From NCBI GenBank assembly GCA_964446685.1, contig CAYUPO010000004.1, forward strand, positions 20,164 to 84,163: DNA of 64,000 nt. Reading direction: 5' to 3'. The translations under genes and the position numbers were made by a program. Under the pieces are notes generated by a model. That model did no database searches. It was given only the letters and a program-made list of their open reading frames with translations, and had not been told where the DNA came from. This DNA is from an uncultured Gammaproteobacteria bacterium. Lineage in GTDB: Bacteria; Patescibacteriota; Microgenomatia; Daviesbacterales; UBA10151. Positions 1 through 9,222 of the stretch are shown piece after piece (position 1 is the first letter of the stretch; every line of letters begins with the position of its first letter).

Positions 1-66
1 TCGAAGAGGTGCTACCGGCAGATTCTTTGCTAATTTAAGTGGTTGGGATACAGGGTCTAAAGCCAT
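1..66 (-). CDS. 5' end of an unidentified gene running off the window (MALDPVSQPLKLAKNLPVAPLR...)
   Basis: ATG at 66 on minus strand with open frame to the window edge; too short to identify. Confidence 0.4.
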   Translation of the reverse strand, partial: MALDPVSQPLKLAKNLPVAPLR

Positions 67-287
67 ATTTTTTGTTTAATTTGTCATTCTGGCTTGTCCA
101 GAATCTAATCAAGAGTTGATAGTATATAGTATCTTACAAATAAAAGAAAACAGTAATATTTTTCTGAAATTTGTTTAATCCTTATCAACTGAGGATTTAT
201 GCTAAGCGTAGTCGAAGCATTAGCAGTAATATATCACGAGTGCTAAATCATGTCAACCTAGTTACCTGAAAGAAAGTATAATCTCAA

Positions 288-557
288 CTAAAGAGGTAAA
301 TAGCTTTTAGGAATTCCATGTTCTTTTCTGAAGTCTGTCACCTCTAAAACCCGCCTCATGCTATCTCTAGGCAAAGCTCGAGCTAGAAAACGTTGTATAG
401 GTTCAGGAAAAACATGATAAATTACCTTTTCTGGAATACTTAATAAGGCTTCTTTTCTATCTAATCTAAGTTCAGGAATAAGCGGTTCAACTTTTCGGTC
501 TCGACGGGACAAAATTAAATAATTTAATCTTTTCCTCAGTTCTTTTGAATCACTCAT
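288..557 (-). CDS. hypothetical protein
   Basis: 89-aa ORF with a TAGAAT -10-like box a few nt upstream of ATG. Confidence 0.55.
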   Translation of the reverse strand: MSDSKELRKRLNYLILSRRDRKVEPLIPELRLDRKEALLSIPEKVIYHVFPEPIQRFLARALPRDSMRRVLEVTDFRKEHGIPKSYLPL

Positions 558-580
558 AAAGATATTCTAAAGCTTATTCT

Positions 581-1135
581 CTAATAATCAACCCCGGGCT
601 TAGCTAAAAATCCTTTTTGGAAGGGGTGTTTTACCTGCACCATCTCTGTTACTAGATCTGCGTGTTTAAAAAGAGATGGTCTGCCATGATGTCCTGTTAA
701 GACCAAATCCAACTTTTCCGGTTTATCTTTAATCAGCTGAATGACCTGTTTCTCAGACAACAGCTTGCCCGCAACTGCTCCGACTATCTCATCGGCTATC
801 ACCACATCCCATTTGCCTTTTGTAACTTCCTTATATAATAAGTCATACGTCTCCCCTGCCATCTTCTTATGCTCTTTGATGTCATATTGGTCATCAAAGA
901 TCTTCACAAATCCTAAGCCACCTTGGATTAATTTAACGTAAGGCGCAAGCATTTTAACCCCTTCCTGCTCCCCGGTAAACCAGACTTTACCAAACTGCAC
1001 AATCAACACCTTCTTCTTATACCCCGCAGCCCGCAAGGCCAACCCCAAAGCCCCCGTAGTCTTCCCCTTCCCTTCACCGGTATACACAATCACCAGCCCC
1101 TTAGTCGTCTCCTTATATTTAGGTTCTTTTGCCAT
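581..1135 (-). CDS. btuR: cob(I)alamin/cob(I)yrinic acid a,c-diamide adenosyltransferase (BtuR/CobO/CobA type)
   Basis: YTGEGKGKTT P-loop, VQF, DEI, LTG and ADLVTEM..VKHPF..G.......DY motifs; probable start MAKEPK at 1135 after a TATACT box. Confidence 0.92.
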   Translation of the reverse strand: MAKEPKYKETTKGLVIVYTGEGKGKTTGALGLALRAAGYKKKVLIVQFGKVWFTGEQEGVKMLAPYVKLIQGGLGFVKIFDDQYDIKEHKKMAGETYDLLYKEVTKGKWDVVIADEIVGAVAGKLLSEKQVIQLIKDKPEKLDLVLTGHHGRPSLFKHADLVTEMVQVKHPFQKGFLAKPGVDY

Positions 1136-1246
1136 AAATGTAGTATATCTTTCCCAAATAAAAAGTCCAACAATCGTTTGCCTTATATCCTTAAGGTATT
1201 TTAAAGTATTACTTGACATCCTTTTGGGTAATACTATAATCCATGT

Positions 1247-2011
1247 ATGCCGAAAAATCCTGATTTATTAGCTAAAATTCAAACCAGAAGAATTCCCCAA
1301 GGAGTTCATACCCCTTACGATACCAGAGATTATGTACCATACACTCAACAACCTGAAGCAAGTATTGCTGGATCATACATAGAAGGCCTTTTATCACCAC
1401 GACATGGAATTGCTATTGAAGGAGTGAGTATACAAACTGATCCCGGCAGAAGCACAACTCATTTCTCTTTTGCTTTACATGGAGATAAATTACCGACATT
1501 CCGCATGCTTAATCTTGATCAGTGGAGGATCGATAAATCCGTAGAATTAGGCGAACTTTTTAACCCCGCACTTACTGATACTAATGATTCATATCATCAG
1601 CAGGGTGCTGCATTATTAAAACGAAGAGTGCAAGTAAGTCCTTTACATAGTGGACCATATTTATTTCCTGAACAGGTTAAGCATGGGGATATAGGTACTG
1701 AAATCCAACCAATCGTTTTGACTGACATATCCGCCCATCCATTTGTATATAGAATTGGTTCTGTCTTAGTAGGAGAAGATCTTACCCGAGCTTTAGTAAG
1801 TGTGACTACACAAGAAGCATCAGCATTTTTAAAAGATGAAATTAGTTTACTAGCTGATAATAATCGAGATACTTCAGCCCGATTACAACAAATAATTAAT
1901 GATGCAACTCTTGACTTAAAAGCTAAACAATACCAATTTCGAGCTGAAACTGATCATCTTCGAGGAATACGGGATAGATTAGTACAACGAACAACACCTC
2001 CACAATCCTAA
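1247..2011 (+). CDS. hypothetical protein with coiled-coil-like C-terminus
   Basis: 254-aa ORF; TTGACA...TATAAT promoter 6 nt before ATG (leaderless). Confidence 0.7.
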   Translation: MPKNPDLLAKIQTRRIPQGVHTPYDTRDYVPYTQQPEASIAGSYIEGLLSPRHGIAIEGVSIQTDPGRSTTHFSFALHGDKLPTFRMLNLDQWRIDKSVELGELFNPALTDTNDSYHQQGAALLKRRVQVSPLHSGPYLFPEQVKHGDIGTEIQPIVLTDISAHPFVYRIGSVLVGEDLTRALVSVTTQEASAFLKDEISLLADNNRDTSARLQQIINDATLDLKAKQYQFRAETDHLRGIRDRLVQRTTPPQS

Positions 2012-2055
2012 AAAAATTCCCAATTCTCTAACGGTGAATTTACCTGAAGAACATA

Positions 2056-2588
2056 CTAACACATGGAATAACCGCAAGAATAGCAGTTTTTAAGAGAATG
2101 GAGTGCTACATGACAACGATTAATGTAGTAACGTAATTCTCGCAAGAAATGTTACTCAACACATTGAATAACCACAGGAGTAACATTTTTTAAGATATTG
2201 AAGTGCTATTGAGAAAACTATCTCAATAGTAGCGGAAATATCGAAAGAAATGTTACTCAGCACATTGAATAACCACAGGAGTAACATTTTTTAAGATATT
2301 GAAGTGCTATTGAGAAAACTATCTCAATAGTAGCGGAAATATCGAAAGAAATGCTATTAACATATGCTATAACCACAGCTATAGCATTTCTTAAGATAAC
2401 GGAGTGCTACAAGACAGCGATCATTGTAGCAATGTAGTTATCGCAAAAAGTGCTAACACATAGAATACCCGCAAGAATAGCACTTTTTAAGAGAATGGAG
2501 TGCTACATGACAACGATTAATGTAGTAACGTAATTCTCGCAAGAAATGTTACTCAGCACATTGAATAACCACAGGAGTAACATTTCTT
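2056..2588 (-). repeat. tandem array (~100-bp period) of nrdJ 3'-end copies separated by structured spacers
   Basis: Copies at 2056-2091, 2156-2191, 2257-2292, 2357-2392, 2453-2488 plus the live end 2553-2588 all translate K(K/N)CYSCGYS(M/I)C*; spacers 2092-2155 and 2489-2552 are identical, 2192-2256 and 2293-2356 nearly so. Confidence 0.95.
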
Positions 2589-5090
2589 ACATCCTTCTTC
2601 ATAGACAAAGGATGCCTGGCCGCATTCTGGGCAGAGGTCGGCGGTTACTTTGGTGGGGTCAGTTACACCCTGGGAAAAAAGCGGAGCTCCGACTACGTCA
2701 TCCACTCCGGTGTTCGGAGTCGAAGCTGGGCTGGTTTCTGCTTTTTCTTCAGTTAAATTAAGTGGCATTGTTTCAGCTTTGGCTTCACCCAGGTCTAGTC
2801 CACCCAAAGCCATATCTTCTGACAAAACTTTCGCAACAGCGTCTCCCAAACTCATCACCCGGTCTTTGCCAAATCCAACATGGGAAGATCCGCCAATTCC
2901 CCGCAGCTGAGAAGCAATCTTTTGAGCTACCTCTTTTGGATTGGAGTTCGCAGTTCTAGCCAGTCTCAAAGACATCGATATCAATCGTCCGATCGCTTCA
3001 GCATCAGCCATAGTATGCATTCCACCCCGTCCAATGGTAATAAATACTTCAAACGGCATATCCTGTTCATCACGGTTGATAGTCACATACGCTTCACCAA
3101 CCGGAGTTAATACTTTGTAGGTTCTTCCCCGCAAAATCATTGGTCTGGAAGTAGTCACTGCCGGAGCAATTACTTCCTCTTTCTTTTCTTCCTTCTTCTC
3201 TTCGTGATAGAGCACTCCGGCTCTTGATCCGTCCCGGAAAAATGTCACACCTTTACAACCCATTTTGTAAGCTTCCATATAAAGCTCCTTCACCTGGTCC
3301 ACTGTAAAGTCGAAAGATGCATTGGCTGTTTTGGAGATGGATGAATCAGTATATCCCTGAATCAAAGCCTGAACTCTGACATGATCAAGTGGTGACATAT
3401 CATTAGCTCCGACATAATAATCAGGCTTCTGTTCATAAGTTTTGTCAGGATTTTCCTTCTGCCACTGTTCATACAGTGGATGCAAAATAGTATGCTCACC
3501 AATCCGGTCGCGTCTGATAAATTTAAAATCAAATACTGGTTCAATTCCTGAAGATACTCCAGCTAACAAAGAAGTAGTTCCGGTAGGCGCCTGAGTCAGG
3601 ATAACCGCATTTCGGATCCCCTGTTTACTGATTTTATCCTGAATATATTTTGGCAACTGTTTAATAAAATGACCCTGTAAGTATTTTTCAGCATCAAATT
3701 TTGGAAAAGCGCCTTTTTCTTTCGCCAGATCAGATGATGTTTCATAAGAAGCGTCCCTGATAGTCTGATAAATCTTCTCAATTACCGGCATCGCTTCAGC
3801 ACTACCATAACGCAATTTCATTTTAATCAGGGCGTCTCCCAGACCCATTGTTCCGATACCAGTCCGGCGGATCTCTTTGGCTTTGATCTCATTTTGTTCC
3901 CAGAAGTAATAATTGGCATCGACTACATTGTCCATAAATCTCATTGAAGTCCTGGTTTTAGCATCCAGATCTTCAAAATCAAAAGATCCATCTTCTTTAA
4001 CAAATGCGGACAAATTCATCGCCCCCAGATTACAGACTGCCCATTCACCCAATGGCTGTTCACCACATGGATTAGTTGAAAGCAATTTTTCAAAATACCA
4101 GGTGTTACTCCATTTATTACTTCTTTCCAAAAAGTGCAGACCAGGTTCAGCTGATTTCCAGGCGGAAGTACAAATCTGATCCCAGATCTCCCGGGCTGGC
4201 ATTCTGGAATACTCAACCACTTTTTTACCCATATCAGTCCAGTTTTCCAGCACTCCATCCCATTTTTCATCATATTCAGGATCGGCAATATCCGGAAATA
4301 CTGTTACCCATTCTTCATCTTTTTGAACAGCTTCCATAAATTTATCTGACACACAGACAGACAGGTTGGCTCCAGGAATAGACACGCCGTCTTCTTTAGC
4401 ATGAATAAATTCAATTACATCAGGATGCCAGTCATGCAGCATCAGCATCAAAGCTCCGCGTCTGGATCCACCCTGCTGGATCACATCATGATTGGCAGCA
4501 GAATAAAGCTTAGCCCAGGAAACAGGACCTGAGGATTTACCGTTTACTTTTCTGACTCTGGCTCCATTTGGTCTAAGGGAAGACAAATTAATACCTACAC
4601 CACCACCTCGGGCCTGGATCTCAACAGTGTGAGTAATATTTTCCATAATTCCTCCCCGGGAATCTTTTGGTGAAGGGATCACATAACAGTTAAAAAAAGT
4701 TACTTCATATCCAGTCCCAGCTCCTGACAAAATACGACCAGCCGGAACAAATTTAAATCCTTCCATTGCTTCATAAAACCTTTGACCCCACAGTTTTCTC
4801 AGCTCTGGTGTCTTTTCCATATGAGCAATCCCCGCAGCCACTCTCTGCCACATCTCTTCCGGAGTTGTTTCAACTGGATCTCCTTTAGCATCTTTTAAAG
4901 AATACCTGTCCATGAAAACTTTTTGTCTGACACCATCAAGCTCTGTTTTTGTCCGGATAGTTGGCATTATCAATTCTGAAGTAGGAACAATACCATTTTT
5001 GGATTTAGAGATTTTGGTCTGAGGAACAGCTACCTGCAAAGCAACTGATTTTAAACTTTTTCCTGCTGTTTTTGTTTTAGTTTGTTTCAT
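2553..5090 (-). CDS. nrdJ: class II (adenosylcobalamin-dependent) ribonucleotide reductase with C-terminal TSCPD/Zn-ribbon region
   Basis: PAGRIL, NCYV, GGGVG, QGGSRRGA, TNPCGEQ, CNLG, APTGTTS, SISKT motifs; C-terminal CPECG...EEGCKKCYSCGYSMC; next to btuR and nrdR. Confidence 0.95.
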   Translation of the reverse strand: MKQTKTKTAGKSLKSVALQVAVPQTKISKSKNGIVPTSELIMPTIRTKTELDGVRQKVFMDRYSLKDAKGDPVETTPEEMWQRVAAGIAHMEKTPELRKLWGQRFYEAMEGFKFVPAGRILSGAGTGYEVTFFNCYVIPSPKDSRGGIMENITHTVEIQARGGGVGINLSSLRPNGARVRKVNGKSSGPVSWAKLYSAANHDVIQQGGSRRGALMLMLHDWHPDVIEFIHAKEDGVSIPGANLSVCVSDKFMEAVQKDEEWVTVFPDIADPEYDEKWDGVLENWTDMGKKVVEYSRMPAREIWDQICTSAWKSAEPGLHFLERSNKWSNTWYFEKLLSTNPCGEQPLGEWAVCNLGAMNLSAFVKEDGSFDFEDLDAKTRTSMRFMDNVVDANYYFWEQNEIKAKEIRRTGIGTMGLGDALIKMKLRYGSAEAMPVIEKIYQTIRDASYETSSDLAKEKGAFPKFDAEKYLQGHFIKQLPKYIQDKISKQGIRNAVILTQAPTGTTSLLAGVSSGIEPVFDFKFIRRDRIGEHTILHPLYEQWQKENPDKTYEQKPDYYVGANDMSPLDHVRVQALIQGYTDSSISKTANASFDFTVDQVKELYMEAYKMGCKGVTFFRDGSRAGVLYHEEKKEEKKEEVIAPAVTTSRPMILRGRTYKVLTPVGEAYVTINRDEQDMPFEVFITIGRGGMHTMADAEAIGRLISMSLRLARTANSNPKEVAQKIASQLRGIGGSSHVGFGKDRVMSLGDAVAKVLSEDMALGGLDLGEAKAETMPLNLTEEKAETSPASTPNTGVDDVVGAPLFSQGVTDPTKVTADLCPECGQASFVYEEGCKKCYSCGYSMC

Positions 5091-5197
5091 TGTTATTTCT
5101 TTTTCTCGGACTAATATTATTAACTGACTGATGTAACACAATCAACCTATATTTTATACGACTTAATGTATCAAAATTCCTATAAGTTTAACTGCTC

Positions 5198-5644
5198 TTA
5201 TGACACTAAACTTGCTAATTCTTTTGTAAAATCTCCTGGCTCTTTAAACTGCCGGTAAACTGAGACAAACCGCAAATAAGCTACTTTGTCTACTTTCTTT
5301 AACTCACTACAGACTTCCCGGCCAATTACTTTACTTTCAATTTCTTTATTTTCTTTTGATTTAACCCGTCTTTCAATTTTGGCAACGATTTTAGCTAAAT
5401 CAACTGCAGCCGGTCTTTTTTCCAAAGCCCGCTGTAAACCGCGTTCAATTTTGCTGATGTCAAAAGGTTCTTTCCGGCCATTCCGCTTGATTACCAGATA
5501 CTCGACAGGTAATACTCTCTCATAGGTCGTATATCGTTTGTGGCACTTGAGACATTCTCGACGGCGCCTTATTTCACCAGTACCTTTGACTGCTCTTTTA
5601 TCAATAACCTGGCTCAAATCACTTTGGCAGTACGGACAATACAT
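5198..5644 (-). CDS. nrdR: transcriptional repressor NrdR
   Basis: CPYC...IRRRRECLKC..RYTTYE Zn ribbon, ATP cone, AYLRFVSVY. Confidence 0.96.
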   Translation of the reverse strand: MYCPYCQSDLSQVIDKRAVKGTGEIRRRRECLKCHKRYTTYERVLPVEYLVIKRNGRKEPFDISKIERGLQRALEKRPAAVDLAKIVAKIERRVKSKENKEIESKVIGREVCSELKKVDKVAYLRFVSVYRQFKEPGDFTKELASLVS

Positions 5645-5736
5645 ACACTATATGTTGTGGCTCAACCCTTACCTCACTCAACATATCTACCATAACATAA
5701 GGGCAAGAATTAGTGTCAATATACAAGATATTGTGC
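5645..5736. promoter_or_regulatory. two NrdR boxes (acactatatgttgtgg 5645-5660; atacaagatattgtgc 5721-5736) flanking the nrdR-nrdJ promoter
   Basis: Match to the known acaCwAtATaTwGtg-type NrdR box; minus-strand TTGACA beside the upstream box. Confidence 0.75.
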
Positions 5737-5798
5737 AGCGAGCATAAATAGTTATGTGTTTAGGAGAAACATATAAAGATGAAGCTGACTAAATTGTT

Positions 5799-6176
5799 CT
5801 ACTCAGAATCTTGTGGTTGCGTTTTAACTTGAGTTTGAGCTTCTATTCGGATCCGTCTACTTCTATCTCGCAACAATCCAAAACCCAAAAGTGCTGAACC
5901 TATTACAGACATACCGCCTGTTACCAAACCACCAACCATAACTTTTTCCGAAACTTCACTAATCTCAGCTGTATAAGCAGCAACAGCTGGATCTACAGGT
6001 TGAGTTTGATCTAAAACAACTTCAGAAGATTTATTCAGCCTCGCTGCAAGATGAGCCACAATAAGAGATCCGGGAATAACCGGGATTAAACTAGCCAAAA
6101 CAGCTTTACATACGTATCGCCTTGTTTCACTTTGTCTTCTATCTACAGCTTGCATATCTTCAGGTGAGTTAATCAT
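5799..6176 (-). CDS. hypothetical membrane protein (2 TM)
   Basis: Two hydrophobic segments; probable leaderless start MINSP. Confidence 0.6.
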   Translation of the reverse strand: MINSPEDMQAVDRRQSETRRYVCKAVLASLIPVIPGSLIVAHLAARLNKSSEVVLDQTQPVDPAVAAYTAEISEVSEKVMVGGLVTGGMSVIGSALLGFGLLRDRSRRIRIEAQTQVKTQPQDSE

Positions 6177-6219
6177 GCGGGATTTATAACATCTTTGAAG
6201 AATATATTCAATCAATTAA

Positions 6220-6795
6220 CTATTTAATAAAGTTTCTCAGAAACTCCAAAAACTTATCATAATAAGTATAAAAAATATAGACATTGGCAAAAAGTAATCC
6301 CGGAAAAATAACTGATTTCTCAACAAACCCACCCGTTTTAATTCTCATTAACCGGAATGGGGGAACTCCAAAATGAATCGGAATCGGAAAAAGCCAGGGA
6401 ACACCATCTCTGGTCAGCATATCCATGAACAAATGCGACACAAAACCAATCATAAAACTCCACCAGACTACATTCATATCCACCAAGACAACACTAGACA
6501 TTGCATCAAGTAATAAGTCCAGTAAAAAGCCAAACAAAAAAACACCGAGTATGGAATGAGAAATAAATCTATGACCTCCCAAAAATCGGTAAAATACCCG
6601 CCCCCAGACTCCTCCGGCGGGCAATCTATTCCAAAGTGAAGCCGTTGGCTGATCAATATCAGGCGCCAGCCCTCCGATAAAATTCATTGATAAAGCCACC
6701 AAAACAGTTGACAATCTCATTTCAGGCAAAGGCTGCGTTGCCACAACAAAAGATAATGCAGTAAAAGCAGCTAAATCATGTGTTCTTCCAGTCAT
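6220..6795 (-). CDS. YdjM-like inner-membrane metal-dependent hydrolase
   Basis: MTGRTH, PDID, GHRFISHS, SHLFMDMLT..GVPWLFP motifs. Confidence 0.88.
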   Translation of the reverse strand: MTGRTHDLAAFTALSFVVATQPLPEMRLSTVLVALSMNFIGGLAPDIDQPTASLWNRLPAGGVWGRVFYRFLGGHRFISHSILGVFLFGFLLDLLLDAMSSVVLVDMNVVWWSFMIGFVSHLFMDMLTRDGVPWLFPIPIHFGVPPFRLMRIKTGGFVEKSVIFPGLLFANVYIFYTYYDKFLEFLRNFIK

Positions 6796-6801
6796 AATTT
6801 A

Positions 6802-6832
6802 TTAGTATTAAGTATTAAGTATTAAGTATTAA
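6802..6832. repeat. heptamer tandem repeat (tattaag)n
   Basis: ttagtattaagtattaagtattaagtattaag read directly. Confidence 0.8.
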
Positions 6833-6919
6833 GAGAAAAGTAGCAAATTCCCTAGATTCATTACGATTTACTTACTTATACACAATAATAATATTACTCT
6901 AAATAACGATACTACACAC

Positions 6920-7309
6920 ATGTCACTGTCCAATCCTGAAATATCCTCCAAAGATTCCCCCACTTTTTTTCATCAGGTAGCACAAATACTTCACGATACC
7001 TATCCTCAGCCAGACTCAGACATCTTATCTGATTTATTAGCAGATATAAATCCTAAAAAAGCGGCCTTTTTTGCTGATTATTTAAATAGCCCAGAGTTTA
7101 AAAATCCAAATGAAATCAGACGCTTAATAGAAAGTCATGTTATTACTGAGTTAGCTGATGCAATCCAGAATCCCCAGAGACTAGCCGGAAGGAAGAGAGA
7201 AGAACCTACCCCAATAAGACAACTAAATGTAACCAGAAGAAGAGATCTATCTAGTGGAAAACCCAACAACTATCCCCAACCCCCACCCCGTTTAATACGT
7301 CTTCCATAG
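6920..7309 (+). CDS. hypothetical protein
   Basis: 129-aa ORF, no recognised motif. Confidence 0.55.
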   Translation: MSLSNPEISSKDSPTFFHQVAQILHDTYPQPDSDILSDLLADINPKKAAFFADYLNSPEFKNPNEIRRLIESHVITELADAIQNPQRLAGRKREEPTPIRQLNVTRRRDLSSGKPNNYPQPPPRLIRLP

Positions 7310-7394
7310 TTGAGTTAGCCTTGGTCTTACCTAAAGCTTGTAGTAATATTACATTTGACAACTGCGTGAAAAGTTTTGTACACTGTGAAAACAG

Positions 7395-7484
7395 ATGAAG
7401 ACACAAGGCTTACTTCTAATCCTGAGCTTCCTTTCATTCTTAATGTTCTCAATAGTCACCTCAGTCTCAGCACATATCCACTAA
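7395..7484 (+). CDS. 29-aa hydrophobic/signal-peptide-like ORF MKTQGLLLILSFLSFLMFSIVTSVSAHIH*, possibly a truncated secreted-protein gene
   Basis: TTGACA-18-TACACT promoter just upstream; its stop lies inside the left inverted repeat of the neighbouring element. Confidence 0.4.
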   Translation: MKTQGLLLILSFLSFLMFSIVTSVSAHIH

Positions 7485-7970
7485 AGTAAAATTCAAAATA
7501 ACAAATTCAAAATTTCAAACAAATTCAAAAAATAAAATCAAAAACTAGCTTTGCTGGGATTTAAATAAGATACTACTTAATATCTTTAATAGTTCATTTG
7601 ACTCAAGAAGTAACATTTTTCTTTCTTTTTCTAGTATAGGGTTATTTACCGTTTCAACTTCTAACATCTCAAGCCAATATCTACTTTCTTTAGACTCTTT
7701 CCTCGAAATTCTGATTCTATGCAGAAAATCTTTTTTACTAAGAGATTCATTAGCTTCAATATAGTTAGCTCCTACCGAACCTGAAGATCGAACCACTTGT
7801 TTTCCATCTTCTAATGCTCCAATTGTTTTTGGTAGCGATTTAACAAATATTCTGACTTTTTTCCCAAACTCAAGTGTTCTATCTTCTAAATCATATTGTT
7901 TTGGATTTTCTATTTTATCCATTTGAATTTATTTGAAATTTTGAATTTGTTATTTTGAATTTTACTTTAG
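7481..7970. mobile_element. four-helix-bundle ORF element bounded by 49-bp inverted repeats
   Basis: 7481-7529 and reverse complement of 7922-7970 match at 48/49 positions. Confidence 0.75.
7545..7922 (-). CDS. four helix bundle protein (23S rRNA intervening-sequence protein family)
   Basis: YDLEDRT..F...V, Q..RSSGSVGANYIEA..S.SKKDF.....ISRKESKESRYWL. Confidence 0.92.
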   Translation of the reverse strand: MDKIENPKQYDLEDRTLEFGKKVRIFVKSLPKTIGALEDGKQVVRSSGSVGANYIEANESLSKKDFLHRIRISRKESKESRYWLEMLEVETVNNPILEKERKMLLLESNELLKILSSILFKSQQS

Positions 7971-8636
7971 AGGCAGAATTGAAACAGTATTCATCAAATC
8001 TCCAACAGCTATCTTACTTACCACATCCTGCCCTTTAATAACCTTGCCAAAGATAGTGTAATTTGGCGGGAGACTGGTATTATCATCCAGCATAATAAAA
8101 AACTGACTTCCATTTGTATTGGGACCTGAATTTGCCATCGCAACTATTCCTTTTAAGTATTTTTTAGTAACTGGTTCATCAGCAAATTTGTAACCAGGTC
8201 CGCCTGTACCATTTCCTATCGGATCTCCTCCCTGAATCACAAATCCAGGAACCACCCGGTGAAAACTAAGACCATTATAAAATTCATCATTTGTTAAGGA
8301 AATAAAATTTGTAGCCGCTTTTGTTGCTTCTGGATAAATTTCAAACTCAATAACACCTTTATTAGTATCCAAAACTGCTTTTTTATTTTTTAATTCTTCC
8401 GCTGGCATATCTGCAAAAGGCTGAGTATATCTTTTCTTGGTTAACTGCGGAGCTGAACTCTGTTCAGGCTCAGGTTGGAGTTGATTTGTGTCCTGTTCCA
8501 TCGATAATCCAGACGAACTTGCAGCCGGAGTAGCAGATGGTTCAACTGTAAATGAACTAAGCTGAGAATAACTTAAAGCAATTACTGCTATTACGGTAAG
8601 CGCAATAAAACCAATTACAAAATGTTTCTGTGTCAT
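7962..8636 (-). CDS. cyclophilin-type peptidyl-prolyl isomerase, N-terminal membrane anchor
   Basis: FYNGLSFHRVVPGFVIQGGDP.GNGTGGPGY, AMANSGPNTNGSQFFI. Confidence 0.95.
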   Translation of the reverse strand: MTQKHFVIGFIALTVIAVIALSYSQLSSFTVEPSATPAASSSGLSMEQDTNQLQPEPEQSSAPQLTKKRYTQPFADMPAEELKNKKAVLDTNKGVIEFEIYPEATKAATNFISLTNDEFYNGLSFHRVVPGFVIQGGDPIGNGTGGPGYKFADEPVTKKYLKGIVAMANSGPNTNGSQFFIMLDDNTSLPPNYTIFGKVIKGQDVVSKIAVGDLMNTVSILPLK

Positions 8637-8683
8637 GTCGTCCTATATATATCAGAAGAGATGATGAGGTGCAAGAGAGAAAA

Positions 8684-9085
8684 TTATTCTGGAACCTGGA
8701 TAGTTGATAAAAATGCGATAACTGCACCCAAACCGGTACCCATAGCCCCGGCTGAAAAAACAGTACTAAGAGATTCAGGCAAAGAAACTGCTCTAAATAA
8801 ACTGGAAGCTGATGTCAAAAAACCAAATTCAAAATCCGATAAAACTTGTTGCACATACAATTCCCCCAGCAACCCTCCAACTAAAAATCCTGAAATTACC
8901 AAAGTTGCAAACTTAATATTTCTTTTGGCTGTATCCGATAAAGAAACAGCTAAAGATTCTTTTTTAAGCAGTGAACTTACATCAATCGGCTGATAAACCC
9001 GGTCAGACATCCTGACCAGACTTTGTCCAGTTCCATAAAAATAATTTAAATCATGTTTCATAAATCTATTATTGCCGAGACGCAA
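8684..9085 (-). CDS. hypothetical membrane protein
   Basis: ORF with two hydrophobic segments; start uncertain. Confidence 0.5.
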   Translation of the reverse strand: MRLGNNRFMKHDLNYFYGTGQSLVRMSDRVYQPIDVSSLLKKESLAVSLSDTAKRNIKFATLVISGFLVGGLLGELYVQQVLSDFEFGFLTSASSLFRAVSLPESLSTVFSAGAMGTGLGAVIAFLSTIQVPE

Positions 9086-9222
9086 CAGAATAAAATCAAA
9101 TATCTGTAGGTTTTTTGTTAGACATTGTGAGAATTTCTTACTTTAAACTTCAAAATACTATTATTGATGTGTTTGCATACAAAGAAGTTGTGTAAGTATA
9201 ATTTTTGAAAGAGGTAAATTTA

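Noticed and set aside
2092-2552. Integron attC cassette array
   Set aside because: No consistent RYYYAAC/GTTRRRY ends, no cassette ORFs and no integrase seen.
2056-2588. CRISPR array interpretation of the nrdJ-downstream repeats
   Set aside because: Repeats are the gene's own coding end and vary synonymously, spacers recur and share a fold, and there are no cas genes in the window.
2056-2588. DGR template/variable repeat interpretation
   Set aside because: Differences are not adenine-specific, preserve the protein, and no reverse transcriptase is present.
2546-4339. Short antisense and alternate-frame ORFs over nrdJ (and similar ones over other genes)
   Set aside because: Shadow ORFs of well-supported genes with no independent motifs.
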